This document shows positions 9,354-18,042 of a stretch of DNA of 31,288 nucleotides, piece by piece (position 1 is the stretch's first letter; every line of letters starts with the position of its first letter). Made by a program: the position numbers and the translations under genes. A model generated the notes under the pieces. It saw only the letters and a list, made by a program, of their open reading frames with translations, did no database searches and was not told the origin of the DNA. The DNA is taken from sequence record SRR20825006_999; one strand, 5' to 3'.

Positions 9354-9369
9354 CATTGATTTTGCGTAG
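9344..9369 (+). promoter_or_regulatory. Putative ECF sigma promoter (AAAC-N16-CGTA)
   Basis: TAAAC-tttttcattgattttg-CGTAG upstream of ATG 9406. The same pattern occurs at 17993-18018. Confidence 0.45.
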
Positions 9370-9405
9370 CCAACTTCAAATATAATTTGGGCAAAAGAAC
9401 TTGTT

Positions 9406-10980
9406 ATGAAAAAGATCCACCTAGCTTCTCTTATTTTACTTTTTAGCATTATAGGAATTACCTCCGAAGTTAATGCACAGTTTAATGACTCTTATGACAA
9501 TCTTAGATATCGAAAATGGAGAATAACCCTCGCTCCTCCTGTTGGTTCTAATGGTATTGCAGCAAATAAATACACAGCAAAATACTCATTAAATCTTCTA
9601 GTTGGTTACAATGGAGGGCTAGATGGAGCTGAAATTGGGGGATTATTTAATTATAACAAAGAATATTCACACGGTTTCCAAATTGCGGGTTTAGTAAACT
9701 CAACTGGTGGTGAGATGTTTGGCGCTAATATAGCAGGCTTGGTAAACTATGCTAAGCAAGACATGGCCGGAATTCAAGTAGCCGGGTTAGTAAACGCGTC
9801 TGGCAGTGCCATGAGTGGTCTCCAATTCGCAGGGGTTTCAAATTATGCTAAACAAGATGTGTCGGGAATTCAATTTGCAGGATTTGGCAATTTTTCAAGA
9901 CAAGATATCTCTGGTCTTCAATTTTCAGGAATAGTTAATGCTTCTGATGGAGATATGAGTGGTATTCAGTTAGCAGGTGTAGCAAATGTAACTAATGATA
10001 ATTTAGAAGGCATTCAAGCCGCTACAGTTTTAAATTTTTCTCGGAAAGATCTATCTGGGATACAGTTTACAACTGGTATTAATGTTGCACTAGGCGATGT
10101 AGAAGGCTTGCAAATGGCTGGAATTCTAAGCTATGCCGGAAGCGATATTTCGGGATTACAGATTGCAGGTATAAGTACTATTAGCAGACAGAATACGGAA
10201 GGATTAGTTATTTCTGGCGCATTAAATTATGCCCAGGAAAATGCTTCTGGCTTATTTACAAGTGGCGGATTTAATATCGCCAAAAATCTTGAAGGGGTAA
10301 TGTTTTCTGGTATTGGCAACGTTGCAAATGATATGAGTGGTGTACAGTTTTCTGGGATTTTTAATATTGCGGAAACTGTTGAGGGAGTTCAGGTAGGATT
10401 ATTTAATTTTGCTAAAGAATTTCAAGGTCTACCTGTCGGTTTTATAAGTCTTTATGGCAATGGAAGAAAAAATTTAGATTTTCGTTATTCAGACGCCGGA
10501 TTCAGTGAATACACTTTAACTACTGGTACTCATAGAGTATATAACATGGCTATTTTTGGTTACAATACACTACTAGATAGAAATGTATACCGAATAGGCA
10601 TGGGCATTGGACTCGAGAAAAACATCCTAGATTCATTTCCCAGAATTAAAGATGAATCTATGTTTGTGAATCAAGAATTCAGTGTTGTTCACAATTTTGA
10701 AGAAAAATGGACACGTAAAACTAACTTAATCTTCTCGTACAAGTTTTTAGTAGGAAAAAGACTAAGTAATGGATTATCAATCTATGGAGGCCCCTCTTAT
10801 AACGTACAAGTTACTCGAGTACCAACAGCTAATGATTACACTTGGTATAGTTTATGGTCGCCTGAATGGAAAGGTAGAACTTATAGATTTTGGGTTGGAT
10901 TTACAGCGGGGATTCGTTTGTTCAAACAAAAACAACTCCCTACTTTCAATGGCGACTGGGATTATGAAAATGAATGGTAA
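9406..10980 (+). CDS. Exported beta-helix repeat protein (LA_2272-like G-x-Q-x-x-G-x-x-N repeats) with a C-terminal beta-rich domain
   Basis: Signal peptide. About 18 tandem 14-16-aa repeats, e.g. AKQDMAGIQVAGLVNA and AKQDVSGIQFAGFGNF. Aromatic-rich amphipathic C-terminus. Confidence 0.75.
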   Translation: MKKIHLASLILLFSIIGITSEVNAQFNDSYDNLRYRKWRITLAPPVGSNGIAANKYTAKYSLNLLVGYNGGLDGAEIGGLFNYNKEYSHGFQIAGLVNSTGGEMFGANIAGLVNYAKQDMAGIQVAGLVNASGSAMSGLQFAGVSNYAKQDVSGIQFAGFGNFSRQDISGLQFSGIVNASDGDMSGIQLAGVANVTNDNLEGIQAATVLNFSRKDLSGIQFTTGINVALGDVEGLQMAGILSYAGSDISGLQIAGISTISRQNTEGLVISGALNYAQENASGLFTSGGFNIAKNLEGVMFSGIGNVANDMSGVQFSGIFNIAETVEGVQVGLFNFAKEFQGLPVGFISLYGNGRKNLDFRYSDAGFSEYTLTTGTHRVYNMAIFGYNTLLDRNVYRIGMGIGLEKNILDSFPRIKDESMFVNQEFSVVHNFEEKWTRKTNLIFSYKFLVGKRLSNGLSIYGGPSYNVQVTRVPTANDYTWYSLWSPEWKGRTYRFWVGFTAGIRLFKQKQLPTFNGDWDYENEW

Positions 10981-11034
10981 TACTAAAATCGTGGTTTACC
11001 AGTTAGCTGTTCAAACTCAAACAAATTCTTTCCA

Positions 11035-11586
11035 ATGAAACTGCTAATTATAATAACTTCAGCTATTGCGCTACTTGTAATTGGTTTTGCCACATTACCA
11101 AGTTCTAAAATAATAGAATCTGATACTCAAGGTAAAGTGATTCATACTTCAGAGCATGAAATTCAACAGCCTGGAAACTACCCAGTTACAAAGACAGAGG
11201 CTGAGTGGAAAGAAATTCTAACCTCAAGCCAGTATAGAGTTTTGAGGAAAGGCGGTACTGAGTTCCCATATACAAACGAATATTACGACAACAAAGAAGA
11301 TGGTATTTACGCATGTGCAGCTTGTGGCCAAAAACTATATAGTTCTGCTACAAAATATAAAAGTGGAACGGGTTGGCCGAGTTTTTGGGAGCCATTGGAT
11401 AAATCGTTTGTCCAAGAAAAGGAAGATAATAGCCTGTTTATGAAACGTATTGAAATTGTTTGCTCCAACTGTGGTAGTCATATTGGTCATGTTTTTGACG
11501 ATGGCCCAGAACCAACCGGCCTTCGATACTGCATGAACTCAGCCGCATTAAACTTCATTGCAAAAAGTACTTCCCCTACAAATTGA
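11035..11586 (+). CDS. msrB: Peptide-methionine (R)-S-oxide reductase MsrB with signal peptide
   Basis: GTE, zinc ligands CAAC and CSNC, SGTGWPSF, GHVFDDGP, catalytic RYCMNS, hydrophobic N-terminus. Confidence 0.95.
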   Translation: MKLLIIITSAIALLVIGFATLPSSKIIESDTQGKVIHTSEHEIQQPGNYPVTKTEAEWKEILTSSQYRVLRKGGTEFPYTNEYYDNKEDGIYACAACGQKLYSSATKYKSGTGWPSFWEPLDKSFVQEKEDNSLFMKRIEIVCSNCGSHIGHVFDDGPEPTGLRYCMNSAALNFIAKSTSPTN

Positions 11587-11615
11587 GTAGAAATTTAACT
11601 CATTAGTTCTATATT

Positions 11616-11648
11616 AGGGTATCCTCATTAGTGGATGCCTTTTTTTTA
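11616..11648 (+). terminator. Rho-independent terminator after msrB
   Basis: Stem AGGGTATCC / GGATGCCTT (with G-U pairs) followed by a long T run. Confidence 0.65.
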
Positions 11649-11663
11649 ACCAGAATTTAGAAA

Positions 11664-12197
11664 ATGTCCAAAAAAGCTACTGTATTTGAAATAGCGGATT
11701 TCAATCCTAGAATAAAATCGTATCTCTACTGGTATGTAAATTTTTTACTTCTTGTTTGTATTATTACGATTCCAATTATTCCGTTGAGTTTAATTATAGC
11801 GCCTTATTTTATAGGTAAATATTTCGATCGTCTACAATGCCAGCTTACTACTAGGTCTTTAAGTTTCAATAAGGGTTTTATATTCAGAATTGAGAAAACT
11901 ATTCCTCTTGACAAAATTCAGGACCTAACCTTCAAAGAAGGCCCACTTTTAAAAGCATTTGGTTTAAGTATCCTTAAAATCGAAACTGCAGGAAGTTCTG
12001 CACAAGGAACAGCTGATTTAACACTTATAGGTATTGTAAATGCTTCTGAGTTCAGAAATAGAGTGCTTGATCAACGTGATAAGGTTACAGAAAATTTACA
12101 GCAAAATGATACTGGTTTAAACAGTGAAAGTATGCTTACGGTATTGCAAGAAATTAGAGATTCTCTTAAGAAAGTAGAATCAAAGCTCAGTGAGTAA
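11664..12197 (+). CDS. Membrane-flanked bacterial PH domain protein (bPH_2, YdbS-like)
   Basis: Two TM segments, then KGFIFRIEKTIPLDKIQDL...GPLLKAFGLSILKIETAG. Confidence 0.85.
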   Translation: MSKKATVFEIADFNPRIKSYLYWYVNFLLLVCIITIPIIPLSLIIAPYFIGKYFDRLQCQLTTRSLSFNKGFIFRIEKTIPLDKIQDLTFKEGPLLKAFGLSILKIETAGSSAQGTADLTLIGIVNASEFRNRVLDQRDKVTENLQQNDTGLNSESMLTVLQEIRDSLKKVESKLSE

Positions 12198-12275
12198 TTT
12201 GTATATCTAGGGCATAGCCTCTTCCCTCTCAAATATACACTTGAATTGATATATAATTGATTAAAGAATCCAAAC

Positions 12276-12307
12276 CAAATGCTTTCGATACAGTTCGAAA
12301 GCATTTG
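12276..12307. terminator. Hairpin between convergent genes, probable terminator
   Basis: Perfect 13-bp stem CAAATGCTTTCGA / TCGAAAGCATTTG with a 6-nt loop. Confidence 0.6.
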
Positions 12308-12338
12308 ACTAGAAAAAAGGACTTGATAAACCTTGTTT

Positions 12339-13823
12339 CTACCCGTTATTCTTAGCAATCAACCTTCTATTGTACCAATACACTAGTAACAGAGCTATGG
12401 CCCATTGTAACAGTACGGTAGCTACAGAGAATGCGCTTAAAGGATTGTACCAGGTATCAGGGGCATATTCAGTAGCACTTAAATACATCCACCAGCCAAG
12501 TAAAGTAACTACTTCTACAGGGACAATGTATTTAATTATTATTTCCCACCAAGGCCCTAAGGTAGAACTTCGTTCCTCAACATTAATAAGTTCATTTCTA
12601 AACCTAGATACTCCGAACTTAATAACCGCATAAGAAATAAATGCTCCGGAAACCATTAGTCCAACTCCCCAAACAAAATCTTGATTCGCAAAAATTGTAA
12701 GGTTTGTTGCTGAAGGTATTCCTAATACAAAGCCTGTAATACAAATTAATATCGTTGCTTTAACTCGTGAAGCACCAGAATCAACAAAAACTTTTACAGC
12801 AAGCTCTATCATAGAAATAAGTGAACTAAATGCAGCAAATGTTAATCCTAAAAAGAATAGAATCGAGAAAACTCCACCACCACCCATGCTGGCAAATAGT
12901 TGAGGCATCCAAATAAACGTTAGCCCTGTTGATGCTGGTCCCGAGCTTTTCATAACACCAAGTACTTCACTATTGCTCATTGTAGAGCCTAGAGAGCCAA
13001 ATACCGTAGAGAAAATAATTACAGCTGCAACCAATGAAACCACATTATTACCAATTCCAGTTTGGAATGCTGTAATCGTGATATCATCTTTTTTACGCAT
13101 GTATGTCGCGTAAGTCAATATTAAACCCCAAGCTGCACCAGTATCCCAGGCGTTTTGAGTAAGTGCTTCGAGCCATAGGTTTGGATTCTTTAGTCCTTCC
13201 CAGTCTGGAGTAAAAAGATATCGTACTCCTTCAAAGCTTCCTTCTAGAGTTAATGATTTCACCAACGACACTAGTAGAACTACTAGAAGCGACGGAATGA
13301 TAATCTTATTAACTTTCTCAATTGACTGAATGCCTTTTATTACAATAAGCCCACCAAATAGCATGGTAATAAAGTGAGTGAATACAGGCCAATTTGATCC
13401 TTGAAAGCCATTCCAGACGGTCATTGATTGTTCAAAGGTAGTTGGCAGTGAACCTGTTATAGATTCAAATAAATAGTACAAACACCAACCAGCTACAACG
13501 CTATAATAAAACATGATAGCTGTGGCAACAAAACCAATGAAGCCGCCCATCCATCCTTTTTTCTCTCCTATTAAATCTGCAAATGAGCCAATAACACCTT
13601 TCCGACCGTTTCTGCCCATTGCATACTCAGCTATAATGAGAGGAACGGACCAGAGAAATAGAAAGAATAGCCATGCTATAAGGAACGCGCCTGCTCCTTC
13701 TTCCCCTCCATTTTGAGCTGCAATTCGTGGGAAGCGCCAAATATTTCCAGTTCCAATTGCAATCCCTAGTACACTTAGAATGAGTCCTAATTTTGAAGAG
13801 AAGCGTTCTTTTTGCGAATCCAT
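12339..13823 (-). CDS. Sodium-dependent transporter, NSS/SNF (LeuT-like) family
   Basis: ERFSSKLG, GIAIGTGNIWRFP, GAGAFL, FYYSVVAGW, FSSLISMIE; multi-pass membrane protein. Confidence 0.93.
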   Translation of the reverse strand: MDSQKERFSSKLGLILSVLGIAIGTGNIWRFPRIAAQNGGEEGAGAFLIAWLFFLFLWSVPLIIAEYAMGRNGRKGVIGSFADLIGEKKGWMGGFIGFVATAIMFYYSVVAGWCLYYLFESITGSLPTTFEQSMTVWNGFQGSNWPVFTHFITMLFGGLIVIKGIQSIEKVNKIIIPSLLVVLLVSLVKSLTLEGSFEGVRYLFTPDWEGLKNPNLWLEALTQNAWDTGAAWGLILTYATYMRKKDDITITAFQTGIGNNVVSLVAAVIIFSTVFGSLGSTMSNSEVLGVMKSSGPASTGLTFIWMPQLFASMGGGGVFSILFFLGLTFAAFSSLISMIELAVKVFVDSGASRVKATILICITGFVLGIPSATNLTIFANQDFVWGVGLMVSGAFISYAVIKFGVSRFRNELINVEERSSTLGPWWEIIIKYIVPVEVVTLLGWWMYLSATEYAPDTWYNPLSAFSVATVLLQWAIALLLVYWYNRRLIAKNNG

Positions 13824-13909
13824 ATATTATTTTAGTGTTATTTTTAAAATACTATTTCAACTTAAACGTTCACTGCGCTAAAGTTTTTTACTTTTAGATG
13901 TTTCTTCCG

Positions 13910-13941
13910 TTTTGATTCGAAACTGGCTATGCCTATAATTG
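13910..13941 (+). promoter_or_regulatory. Putative housekeeping promoter for the DUF2723 gene
   Basis: TTTG-N19-TATAATTG, matching the Bacteroidota -33/-7 spacing. It can also be read as TTGATT-N16-TATAAT. Confidence 0.5.
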
Positions 13942-14003
13942 CGGTTCTATATAAAGGTAAAAAACGATTATCCAAAAACTTTTTCAGCAGAAAATCATAG
14001 TCA

Positions 14004-16988
14004 ATGTTTTCAAATCATAAAACTACCAATAAGTACCTAGCTCTACTAATATTTTTAGTATCTCTTGTTGTTTATTCATTAACCCTTGCCCCAACTGCCA
14101 GCTTTTGGGATGCTGGAGAGTTCATCGCTGTAGCGCATGGCCTTCAGGTAAATCACCCACCAGGTGCTCCACTCTACTCAATTGTTGGAAGAATATTCTC
14201 CATGTTTGTGCCAACTGAATATGTGGCATTGAGTATTAACTTTATGAGTGCGCTCTCATCAGCGCTTACAATAATGCTCTTATACCTCATTATTGTTCGT
14301 TTGGTTAGAGAGTTTAAAGGCGAAGTTTCTCTTATGAGCACCATGGATAAAATCGGAATGTATGGTGGCGCAATTGTTGGCTCGCTTACTTTTGCTTTTA
14401 CCGACACTTTCTGGTTCAATGCCGTAGAAGCTGAGGTGTACGCGATTTCTATTTTCTTTACAGCTATTGTAGTATGGTTGGCGTTGAAATGGTCTGAGCA
14501 ACACGACGAGCCTTATAATGAACGCTGGCTAGTAATGATTGCCTATATGTTTGGATTAGCTATTGGGGTGCATCTACTTAACCTACTTGCCTTATTCTTT
14601 GTGGCACTAATAATTTACTTTAAACGAAAAGACTACTCACTATTTTCGTTTGGTTTGATGGGCGTTTTAGCTGTTCTATCATTCTTTTTAATTTACCCCT
14701 TTACCATTCAAACTATCCCTGATATTGCTTCGAAAATAGGAGCAGCGACTTATGGTCTTATAGGACCTATGACTTTTGTCTTCTTAGTTATTATCGGCGT
14801 TATTTTTGGTATCTATTACACCCAGAAACGCAAATATCGATTAGCTAATATAGCATTGATCAGCTATTTGATGATTTTAATAGGCTATTCGTCGTATTCG
14901 GTAATCATGATTCGTTCGATTGCCAATCCTCCTATTGATGAGAACGACCCTGAAACAGTAGAAGCTTTTGTAAAATATCTAAAGCGTGAGCAGTACGGTG
15001 CCACTCCTATTCTAAAGGGAAATAACTTTGATGATGTTACTGGCCAAATTGATAGAACCTCAGAAAGCTTTTTTCCTCGACGTTATTCCCAAGATCCTAA
15101 TCACTTAAAATATTACTCACGTTTTGATAGTGATTGGTCCTATTTTTGGAATTACCAGATAAACCACATGTATATCCGGTATTTTAATTGGAATTTTATT
15201 GGACGAGCTTCAGACATACAAGACACTGGCTGGCAATCTGGATTTTCAGAACCAGTATATCCCAATAACAAAGCCAGTAATTCCTATTTTTATATTCCAT
15301 TTTTACTTGGGATTTTTGGGCTTATATATCATTATTCCACTGATAAAAAACGCGCTTTTGCAGTCTCCATCCTCTTTGTTGTCACGGGGTTGGCAATTAT
15401 CATATTCCTCAATCAACCGCCCTATCAACCTAGGGAAAGGGATTATGCCTATGTAGGCTCCTATTTTGCCTTTGCAATTTGGATTGGCTTAGGTGTAACA
15501 GGGCTTGTAGATCTTTTGAAATCGTATTTAAAAGAACAACCAGCCATGGCATACGCAATTGTTGGATTATGTCTTATTGGTTCTCCAGTGCTAATGGCAT
15601 ATCAAAATTGGGATGATCATGATAGAAGCGCGCGATATGTAGCTCCTGATTATGCTAAGAATCTTTTGAACTCTGTAGCTCCGAACGCGATTCTGTTTAC
15701 AAACGGTGATAACGATACTTTCCCACTATGGTATGCCCAAGAAGTTGAAGGTATTAGAACAGATGTTCGCATTGTTTGCTTAAGCTTATTAAATACAGAT
15801 TGGTATATAAAACAGCTCAAGAAGCAATGGTCGCATGAGTCAGCTCCTCTTCCGATCAATTTAAGTGATGAAGAAATTGACAACATGACTGCTGGTCTAT
15901 CGGCTTGGCAACCTACTCAACTTTCGATTCCTGTAGATAAAGAGATGCTCAGAAAAGCATTTTCCGAAGATTCCCAATACAAAGAAGCAATTGGGGTAAA
16001 GCCGGATAACGAGATTCCTATTCTTCAAACTGGAACAGATTTTGAAATGCCTGTAGACTCCCTCGATGATGCAATGAGCTGGAGATTTGATGGCCGTCTT
16101 TATGGTAGCAATGCTAATGGCGAGAATATTTATTACCTCCAAACGCAAGACCGAATGATTCTAGAGCTTATTAAGAGTAATAACTGGTTACGCCCTATTT
16201 ACTTTGCAAACACTGTTTCTCAATCTAGTCAACTTAATCTTCAAGACTATTTTAGAACGGAAGGAAAGGCATACAGAATTGTTCCTAAAAAACGCTCTAA
16301 TCGTACACAAGGATACATCAACACAGAGATTCACACAGATAGACTTAGGAAATTTGAGTATAATAATTGGAACGATTCCGATATGTATTTAGATGAAAAT
16401 ATTCGTCGTATGCTAGGAAACTATCGCTACAATTACCTTCAATTATCAGAGCGCTTTATTGATCAAGATCTTCCAGATAGTGCTGCCTATTGGCTAAAGC
16501 TAGGAGAAGAGAAAATTCCCTTCCGAAAAGATGAGGAAGTAGGCACAATCAAAATACTATATGCCAACAGGTACGCTCAAATCGGAAGGCAAGATGACGC
16601 TCTTAGATTGGTTAACTCATCGATCGGCGAGTTAGAAAACAACCTTTTTGGTTCTATGGATGAATTCAATGCCTCTCAAACTGAGCTCCAAGAACTAAAT
16701 ACTCAATTCGAAGACGCCCGTAGAAATGCAGACATGTCTGCTCAAAGAACTATTCGCCAAAAAATGAATACTGTTTACACAAAAGGCCAAGATATTGGCC
16801 GAAATGATGTTATGAGTGCTCGTCAAGCAATAGTTCTAGCACAATATGTGTATTTTATTTCTGGCGATATAGATAAAGGATTAGAAATTGCTGAGAAGGT
16901 AAATACTTTATTTAAAGACACCCCCTTCCCAGAAATTCCATCTTCAGAAGCTCAAAGTAAAGCGACCGTTTCTGGTTACGGTTTATAA
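14004..16988 (+). CDS. DUF2723 / TMEM260-like GT-C fold membrane glycosyltransferase
   Basis: SFWDAGEFIA, HPPGAP, FWFNAVEAEVYA, QPRERDYAY, FTNGDNDTFPLWY-QEVEG. Many TM segments plus a large C-terminal soluble region. Confidence 0.88.
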   Translation: MFSNHKTTNKYLALLIFLVSLVVYSLTLAPTASFWDAGEFIAVAHGLQVNHPPGAPLYSIVGRIFSMFVPTEYVALSINFMSALSSALTIMLLYLIIVRLVREFKGEVSLMSTMDKIGMYGGAIVGSLTFAFTDTFWFNAVEAEVYAISIFFTAIVVWLALKWSEQHDEPYNERWLVMIAYMFGLAIGVHLLNLLALFFVALIIYFKRKDYSLFSFGLMGVLAVLSFFLIYPFTIQTIPDIASKIGAATYGLIGPMTFVFLVIIGVIFGIYYTQKRKYRLANIALISYLMILIGYSSYSVIMIRSIANPPIDENDPETVEAFVKYLKREQYGATPILKGNNFDDVTGQIDRTSESFFPRRYSQDPNHLKYYSRFDSDWSYFWNYQINHMYIRYFNWNFIGRASDIQDTGWQSGFSEPVYPNNKASNSYFYIPFLLGIFGLIYHYSTDKKRAFAVSILFVVTGLAIIIFLNQPPYQPRERDYAYVGSYFAFAIWIGLGVTGLVDLLKSYLKEQPAMAYAIVGLCLIGSPVLMAYQNWDDHDRSARYVAPDYAKNLLNSVAPNAILFTNGDNDTFPLWYAQEVEGIRTDVRIVCLSLLNTDWYIKQLKKQWSHESAPLPINLSDEEIDNMTAGLSAWQPTQLSIPVDKEMLRKAFSEDSQYKEAIGVKPDNEIPILQTGTDFEMPVDSLDDAMSWRFDGRLYGSNANGENIYYLQTQDRMILELIKSNNWLRPIYFANTVSQSSQLNLQDYFRTEGKAYRIVPKKRSNRTQGYINTEIHTDRLRKFEYNNWNDSDMYLDENIRRMLGNYRYNYLQLSERFIDQDLPDSAAYWLKLGEEKIPFRKDEEVGTIKILYANRYAQIGRQDDALRLVNSSIGELENNLFGSMDEFNASQTELQELNTQFEDARRNADMSAQRTIRQKMNTVYTKGQDIGRNDVMSARQAIVLAQYVYFISGDIDKGLEIAEKVNTLFKDTPFPEIPSSEAQSKATVSGYGL

Positions 16989-17003
16989 CAACAAATTATT
17001 TAT

Positions 17004-17046
17004 AGTTAGCTGTGGGTATTGTATATTCTTCACAGCTAACTTTTTT
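17004..17046 (+). terminator. Rho-independent terminator
   Basis: 11-bp stem AGTTAGCTGTG / CACAGCTAACT followed by a T run. Confidence 0.65.
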
Positions 17047-17049
17047 ATT

Positions 17050-17496
17050 ATGATTCATCAATTTACATCCGAAAATATTTCAACCATTGGAAAAGTACTA
17101 GGGGCACAACCAAAGCCTCTTGGTAACGATGTTTTCCGTATTGAAGTAAAAAACGAAGAAGAAAACCGTAAACTCGCTCTCGAAATTCATCTAGGTCTCG
17201 ACGTTAATGGCCAAGAAATGAATATGGTTTCAGTTTATGCGTTTAACACTTTCCTTCAATTACACAACTGCACAGCATTTATCGCTAGTGATATGCTCCA
17301 ACAAGTTACTTTCTTCGGAAAGTCAGGGGACAAAACTTCTGGCCTTATCGTAGAGAAAGCAGCAGGTTGTAGTCTTTATGCGAACGTAGACGAATCTATA
17401 TTGAATGGGGACTTTACCCAACTTCCTGAGGATATGATGATGTGTGGAATTGCTCTCTCACTCACCGAAAGTATGGACGACGATTTCAGCTTTTAA
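17050..17496 (+). CDS. Hypothetical cytoplasmic protein
   Basis: Clean 148-aa ATG ORF with plausible composition, co-oriented with ybeY. No family recognised. Confidence 0.75.
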   Translation: MIHQFTSENISTIGKVLGAQPKPLGNDVFRIEVKNEEENRKLALEIHLGLDVNGQEMNMVSVYAFNTFLQLHNCTAFIASDMLQQVTFFGKSGDKTSGLIVEKAAGCSLYANVDESILNGDFTQLPEDMMMCGIALSLTESMDDDFSF

Positions 17497-17506
17497 TAGT
17501 ACTATC

Positions 17507-17971
17507 GTGCCTGCTCTCTCCCCGCTACAAATACTCATTCAAACAGAGCTTACCGTTCCATTTGAAGAGTCTGAAGCGGAACTACTTGTAAGTCTCATTC
17601 AATCTGAACAACAGTGTAGTTTCTCTTTTGTGGAACTTGTTTATGTAGACGAGCAAGAAATTATTCGTATAAATAAGGAATTCTTAAGCCGTGATTATGT
17701 TACCGACATTATCTCTTTCCGTTACGATGATGAAGATAATCCAGAAAATAACACCAACTCTGATATTGAAGGTTCTCTTATCTGCTGTGCTCCAAGAATT
17801 AAGGAACAAGCACTAGAGTTTAACCAACCTGAAAAGCTGGAATTTCTAAGAATTTTAGTACATGGTCTCCTTCATTTAATTGGTTACGACGATCAAACTC
17901 CTGAAGAAAAAGCTGAGATGACTCGATTGGAGGATCATTTCTTAAGTAAACTTTCGTTGGAAAGCCTTTAG
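17507..17971 (+). CDS. ybeY: rRNA maturation RNase YbeY
   Basis: INKEFL-RDYVTDIISF and HGLLHLIGYDD. GTG at 17507 chosen to avoid overlap with the upstream gene. Confidence 0.92.
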   Translation: MPALSPLQILIQTELTVPFEESEAELLVSLIQSEQQCSFSFVELVYVDEQEIIRINKEFLSRDYVTDIISFRYDDEDNPENNTNSDIEGSLICCAPRIKEQALEFNQPEKLEFLRILVHGLLHLIGYDDQTPEEKAEMTRLEDHFLSKLSLESL

Positions 17972-17992
17972 CAATCTTTACGCTATTTTTTT

Positions 17993-18018
17993 AAAACTTT
18001 GATGCACTATCTTCGTAG
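17993..18018 (+). promoter_or_regulatory. Putative ECF sigma promoter (AAAC-N16-CGTA)
   Basis: AAAAC-tttgatgcactatctt-CGTAG upstream of ATG 18043. Confidence 0.45.
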
Positions 18019-18042
18019 TCAGAACAAAAATATTTAGCGCGC

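Noticed and set aside
10769-11038. 89-aa alternate-frame ORF ending at the msrB start
   Set aside because: Mostly inside the repeat-protein gene and has no recognisable content.
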